Below are positions 62,101 to 64,000 of a DNA stretch of 64,000 nt, one piece after another (position 1 is the first letter of the stretch; the number at the start of each line of letters is the position of its first letter). A program made the translations under genes and the position numbers. The stretch covers positions 1,440,001 to 1,504,000 of the forward strand of contig CAVVPN010000011.1 in NCBI GenBank assembly GCA_963750165.1, written 5' to 3'. The notes below the pieces were generated by a model. The model had not been told where the DNA came from, ran no database searches, and worked only from the letters and a program-made list of their open reading frames with translations. The DNA comes from an uncultured Gemmataceae bacterium. Lineage in GTDB: Bacteria > Planctomycetota > Planctomycetia > Gemmatales > Gemmataceae.

Positions 62101-64000
62101 CGTTGCCGGCGAGCAGGCCGATGGAAAGCCCGTTGCCGATGGCCCGGGAGTTGTTGGTCACGGTGGTCTGGACCAGCACGGTCTGCGCGACGTTGACCGT
62201 CGCGGCGCCGATGAAGCTGGCGACGTTGGCCTGGCCGTAGCTGTTGGCGGTGGCCCCGCTGGTGCCGATGAGCGTGCCGGCCGAGGTGCCGGCGGTGGCA
62301 GTGCTCACGCCCGGGCTGTGCTGGGTTTCGACCGTGAGGTTGGTGGCCGTCGCCCGGCTGCCGTCCCGCAGGGACGCTTCGAGGGTCGGCGAGTCGGTGG
62401 CCTCGGCGTCGGAGGCGCCGCCGCCGGCCGCGGCGATGGTCACGCCGGAGGCGTTGGCGTCGCTCTCGCCGCCCATCGACTTCGAGTACACGTAGAGGGT
62501 GCCGTTGACGTTCAGGTTGGCGCCGCCGCCGAGGTAGCCCCGGACTTCCGGGTTCACCGAGGCGTTGGCGGACGACCCGTTGCCCGCCAGGATGCCGCCC
62601 GCGAACGACGTGGCGGAGGCGTTGGCGTTGCTGTTGGTGTCGTCCGCCTCGACGGTGACGTCGCCGCCCGCGGTGAGCTGGCCGTCGGCGTGGGCCAGGG
62701 TGGAGCCGGCGGCGGTGGCGTTGGCGACCGCGGCGCCGCCGGCGGCGACCCCGCCGGCGACCTGGCTGGTGGTGGCCTTGGCCGTCCGCGTGGAGGTCGC
62801 GTTCACCTCGACCGTGCCGGTGGTGCTGACCTGGGACGTGCCCGCATACGCCTCCGAGGTGCCGTGGGTGTCGGCGGTCACCACGGCGGCGTTCCCGGCG
62901 AGGACGCCGATGCCGAACGCGCTGCCGTTGGCCGTCGTGCCCTCGGTGGACGCCGATTTCACCGTCAGACTGCCGGCCTGGACGCTCCCGCCGCTGGTGT
63001 AGGCCGTGGTGGTCCCGCCCACCGTGGCATTCGGCACCGCCGCACCGCCCCCGACCACCCCGACCGCCGCCTGCCCGGTCGTCGCCTCCGCCGTCCGCAT
63101 TCCGGTCGCGCTGAAGGTCGTGTCCGCGGTGGTGACGACGCTGCCGCCGTTGAGGAAGGCCGCCGTCGTGCCCTCGGTGTCGGCCGTGCCCGAGGCGGCG
63201 TTGCCGGCGGCGACGCCGGCGCCGAAGGCGTCGGCGTGGGCGTTGGTGTCGTCGTTGGACTGCGACTGCACGGTGGCGCTGCCGGCGTGGACGGAGCCGC
63301 CGTCGATGTGGGCCTGCGTGGTCCCGCCCTGCATGGCGTTGGCCACCGACGCGCCGCCGGCCACGACGCCGCCGGCGATCTGCCCGGTCGTCGCCGCCGC
63401 CGTCCGCGTGCCGTTGGCGCTCACCTTGGTGGCGCCGGATGTGGTCACGTTGGCGCCGCTGAGGTAAGCGTCCGTGGTGCCCTCGGTGTCGGCCGTGGCC
63501 GACGCGGCGTTGCCGGCGAGGAAGCCCAGCGCGAAGCCGTTGGATTTGGCCGTCGTGCCGCTGGTGGAGCCGGCCTGCACGTTCACGTCCGCCGCGTGGA
63601 GCACGGCCCCCGAGCCGGCGTAGGCCCGGCTCGTCGCCGGCGCCGTGGCGGTCGCCACGGAGGCGCCGCCGGCGCCCAGGCCGATGACCACCTGGCCGCT
63701 GTCCGCCTCGGCGGTGCCGTTCGAGTTGGTGTTGATGCCGATGTCCCCGGTCGTGGTCACGTTGGCGTTGTCGATGTAACCGTCCACGGTCACGTTGTCG
63801 GTGGCGTTCACGACGCTGGCGTTGCCCGCGACGAGGCCGGCGCCGATGGCCTCGCCGTCCGCGGTCGCCGTGTTCATGCCTTGCCCCGCCACGTTCACGC
63901 TCGCCGCGTGAATCTGCGCCCCGTCGCCGATGTGCGCCTGCACCGTCCCCTCGACGGTCGCGGTGGGGGTGGAGGCGCCGCCGGAGGCCAGGCCGACCGC
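56159..64000 (-). CDS. Giant extracellular adhesin/RTX-like protein (>2600 aa, 5' end outside the window) with an HExxH domain
   Basis: Frame open to the window edge; Ala/Gly/Thr repeats, GGxGxDxL Ca-binding nonapeptides, DLLTVVMHELGH. Confidence 0.9.
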   Translation of the reverse strand, partial: AVGLASGGASTPTATVEGTVQAHIGDGAQIHAASVNVAGQGMNTATADGEAIGAGLVAGNASVVNATDNVTVDGYIDNANVTTTGDIGINTNSNGTAEADSGQVVIGLGAGGASVATATAPATSRAYAGSGAVLHAADVNVQAGSTSGTTAKSNGFALGFLAGNAASATADTEGTTDAYLSGANVTTSGATKVSANGTRTAAATTGQIAGGVVAGGASVANAMQGGTTQAHIDGGSVHAGSATVQSQSNDDTNAHADAFGAGVAAGNAASGTADTEGTTAAFLNGGSVVTTADTTFSATGMRTAEATTGQAAVGVVGGGAAVPNATVGGTTTAYTSGGSVQAGSLTVKSASTEGTTANGSAFGIGVLAGNAAVVTADTHGTSEAYAGTSQVSTTGTVEVNATSTRTAKATTSQVAGGVAAGGAAVANATAAGSTLAHADGQLTAGGDVTVEADDTNSNANASATSFAGGILAGNGSSANASVNPEVRGYLGGGANLNVNGTLYVYSKSMGGESDANASGVTIAAAGGGASDAEATDSPTLEASLRDGSRATATNLTVETQHSPGVSTATAGTSAGTLIGTSGATANSYGQANVASFIGAATVNVAQTVLVQTTVTNNSRAIGNGLSIGLLAGNGDVHATTYVGKETQAYLGSGAVVTAGTLNINAVGNDLATTQASGSGGGLISADATEANSDVGPDILASINDGATATVANTVQVTATASPEGDSVAKAKSFGAAASGESRANDTIHPTVQARVGGNASVTAGDVSITAKSGNPTTPPNDTFNPPTDVNTGADTITLPNNNLPDGAQIVYDSNGNPSIGGLQSGRQYTVLVQDPSTFSLGARFDGSAVNPSQNTITTTLPHNFKTGDQVVYQDDGNAPIPGLMNGQTYYVRVLDDHTIQLAQTLADANASPLQFTPANVDSMGHTINLLFHGLVDNEPLVYEAPNNTQTFKSFMVNVEQNGTGDSAQLINTPGANDIYLETNPFVTGDAVRYECSDPAHPIGGLTPGTVYYVIKLSDNIIQLATDAFNANAGIAQPLTPDQGPAGLPVSHTLTPANDGPISPLVNGTTYYARVLNINEFGLAATPNGALLPLNAAGLTGLNFLLPGIIPLGSGGGSQELRLALTSQPSGPQRIEGPGGVPLSQVYAPSGDGQSTASASGSGGGVFFGGVGGSGVSTATPTVSAYVGAGGGAPAIQARGSITITSTSIANVSGNANNSSGGIVGSGNAFAAANVNNTNQAYVDAGAAIVAGGGITLTANSTQFTNSNADASGGGVIDSAAAGADSDVNYDTKARTGVNAKLTAGGLLQMNSSTSTQASTRAHSDGSGGGVSSNAGDGGGGTTDEGGVRIGVTGDALSQTEVGAGSVLHAGSIDLEAQLAQSQGTSSSQANAFGLGASCDALSRVDEHDHANVAIRSGAQVTGDQTVTMGATTGGITTNVDPHSDCTALGGDTNSTGIADVETTADITTEAGALVTTHTLQVSAGMGTYTHNAPGHERSHALFDVGDEHSTDVFSPVRNIDWNSDVFLTAGPSPTLVINSSGQVTEAQNISYTETANQVIVNNVFFTDPGTAHFTIAGINGLPTPQITGTQSTFGFQENFDNVTITNASLLDLVINQIDPVNRTTIPEVTIDVPNVPFQFTVGQKFTPTLITIQDTAPPLFIFNPVNFQLLTIRSTVYLNDLIDNPIGTTTLSNASGDILPTGPQAVVLTNTFNATTTSGNVGNANNPLQVDLVESGGRQTHMNVAAGNDAYINLTGLQRTLGASSFTVNVDSLSAGGEANVLLEPALRETGLPANWYAVEVSEPLVPHLTEVISHFRPGPGDPPPVVETAVFGINPVAVNSTYNFGLIQGSNIDIFRSGSSTTIGLTGNTNILSTGRIFAITNGNVVLSETVGDMRVGLIESTAGNVTLNSNANIVDAFDDPVADVYGISITLSAPSGSIGSTDNALDVNTATPSFGVLNASALQNIIINETTGPLYIQSATSFSGLIQITVYDSPNPGDDLYVLGGGTVSSLVGSIVLNAGDGIVLEPGSTVSTDLEFGGPITMQANYNDADGGAGTYIYMEGTVRGTNIQAFGGVGPDYFDLSTGRVVGNIQVFGGAGNDYMVAGVDAVWFHGQDGDDYIVGGAGNDRLDGGPGTNQIFGEGGDDTLNGGPNTDFLYGGPGNDTLNGGAGDDYLYGGPGIDQLHGGDGTDYGIAQDVPAGQTDDYDYKFEPGGFNDCELPTEPIIIHQRSALPPLPDAGVAVLTNAQLQPIITEALHRWEQLVGDSTALQGVTFQISNTQDADDLGETYGSTVIINPTAAGHGWFVDPTPADDTEFVASATGELLATSGSAAGRMDLLTVVMHELGHVQGVEYVNHDHDLMSIALSVGVRRLPSAEDVADILHEPYGTDAAAAAPKSDLVGGGVLEGQPVAPAAQKPIFVTALGASENSPSPGLPFASVLLGTVPAQPLPLNLSLPLPRPEQPTPMISPAVRRWLDSVLAGTTAVPSEKSTAGVLGSPAQKQPSPGGTFAVTFGAATDQVANAAPAQIGLPGATSAVSQPPDREGAAELVPHLLTSAIQQQCRRVNDQHSTDPFGDVLESPTLLDDQIRDAAILAFVNGQPDAGDTGNEIL

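Overview
High-GC bacterial window, very likely Planctomycetota (Gemmataceae-like). The lineage call is inferred from TIGR03067 proteins, a PEP-CTERM protein, long ECF sigma fusions, Ser/Thr kinases and fae/mtd C1 genes. The backbone is mostly ordinary metabolism: sat, gabD, an aldehyde dehydrogenase, larB, CBS/cystathionine gamma-lyase, ispH, hemA, a porin and regulators. Several genes carry 1-2 nt frameshifts in GC runs that look like read errors. Accessory signals: (1) a complete 1.78-kb IS with 20-bp TIRs and an A7 duplication; (2) an integrase-less integron cassette array (16.9-20.0 kb) with an attI-like site, phased direct repeats, two forward attC sites and one inverted attC, carrying a candidate new Cas2/VapD-fold plus acidic-partner module; (3) an ECF sigma factor fused to the periplasmic headpiece of a CzcA/CusA-type RND pump with the transport helices removed; (4) many non-coding miniature elements, including TA-bounded TAGAGCGGTTC elements with variable cargo nested inside another hairpin, a 9-mer tandem-repeat module, 9-mer hairpins sharing an AAGACA core and an IS4-like 100-bp MITE; (5) a candidate structured ncRNA upstream of fae; (6) a tRNA-Lys 3'-half att site with 11-bp phased arm repeats bordering a probable island that encodes a >2600-aa RTX/adhesin-like protein. 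All family calls come from motif recognition only; no searches were run.
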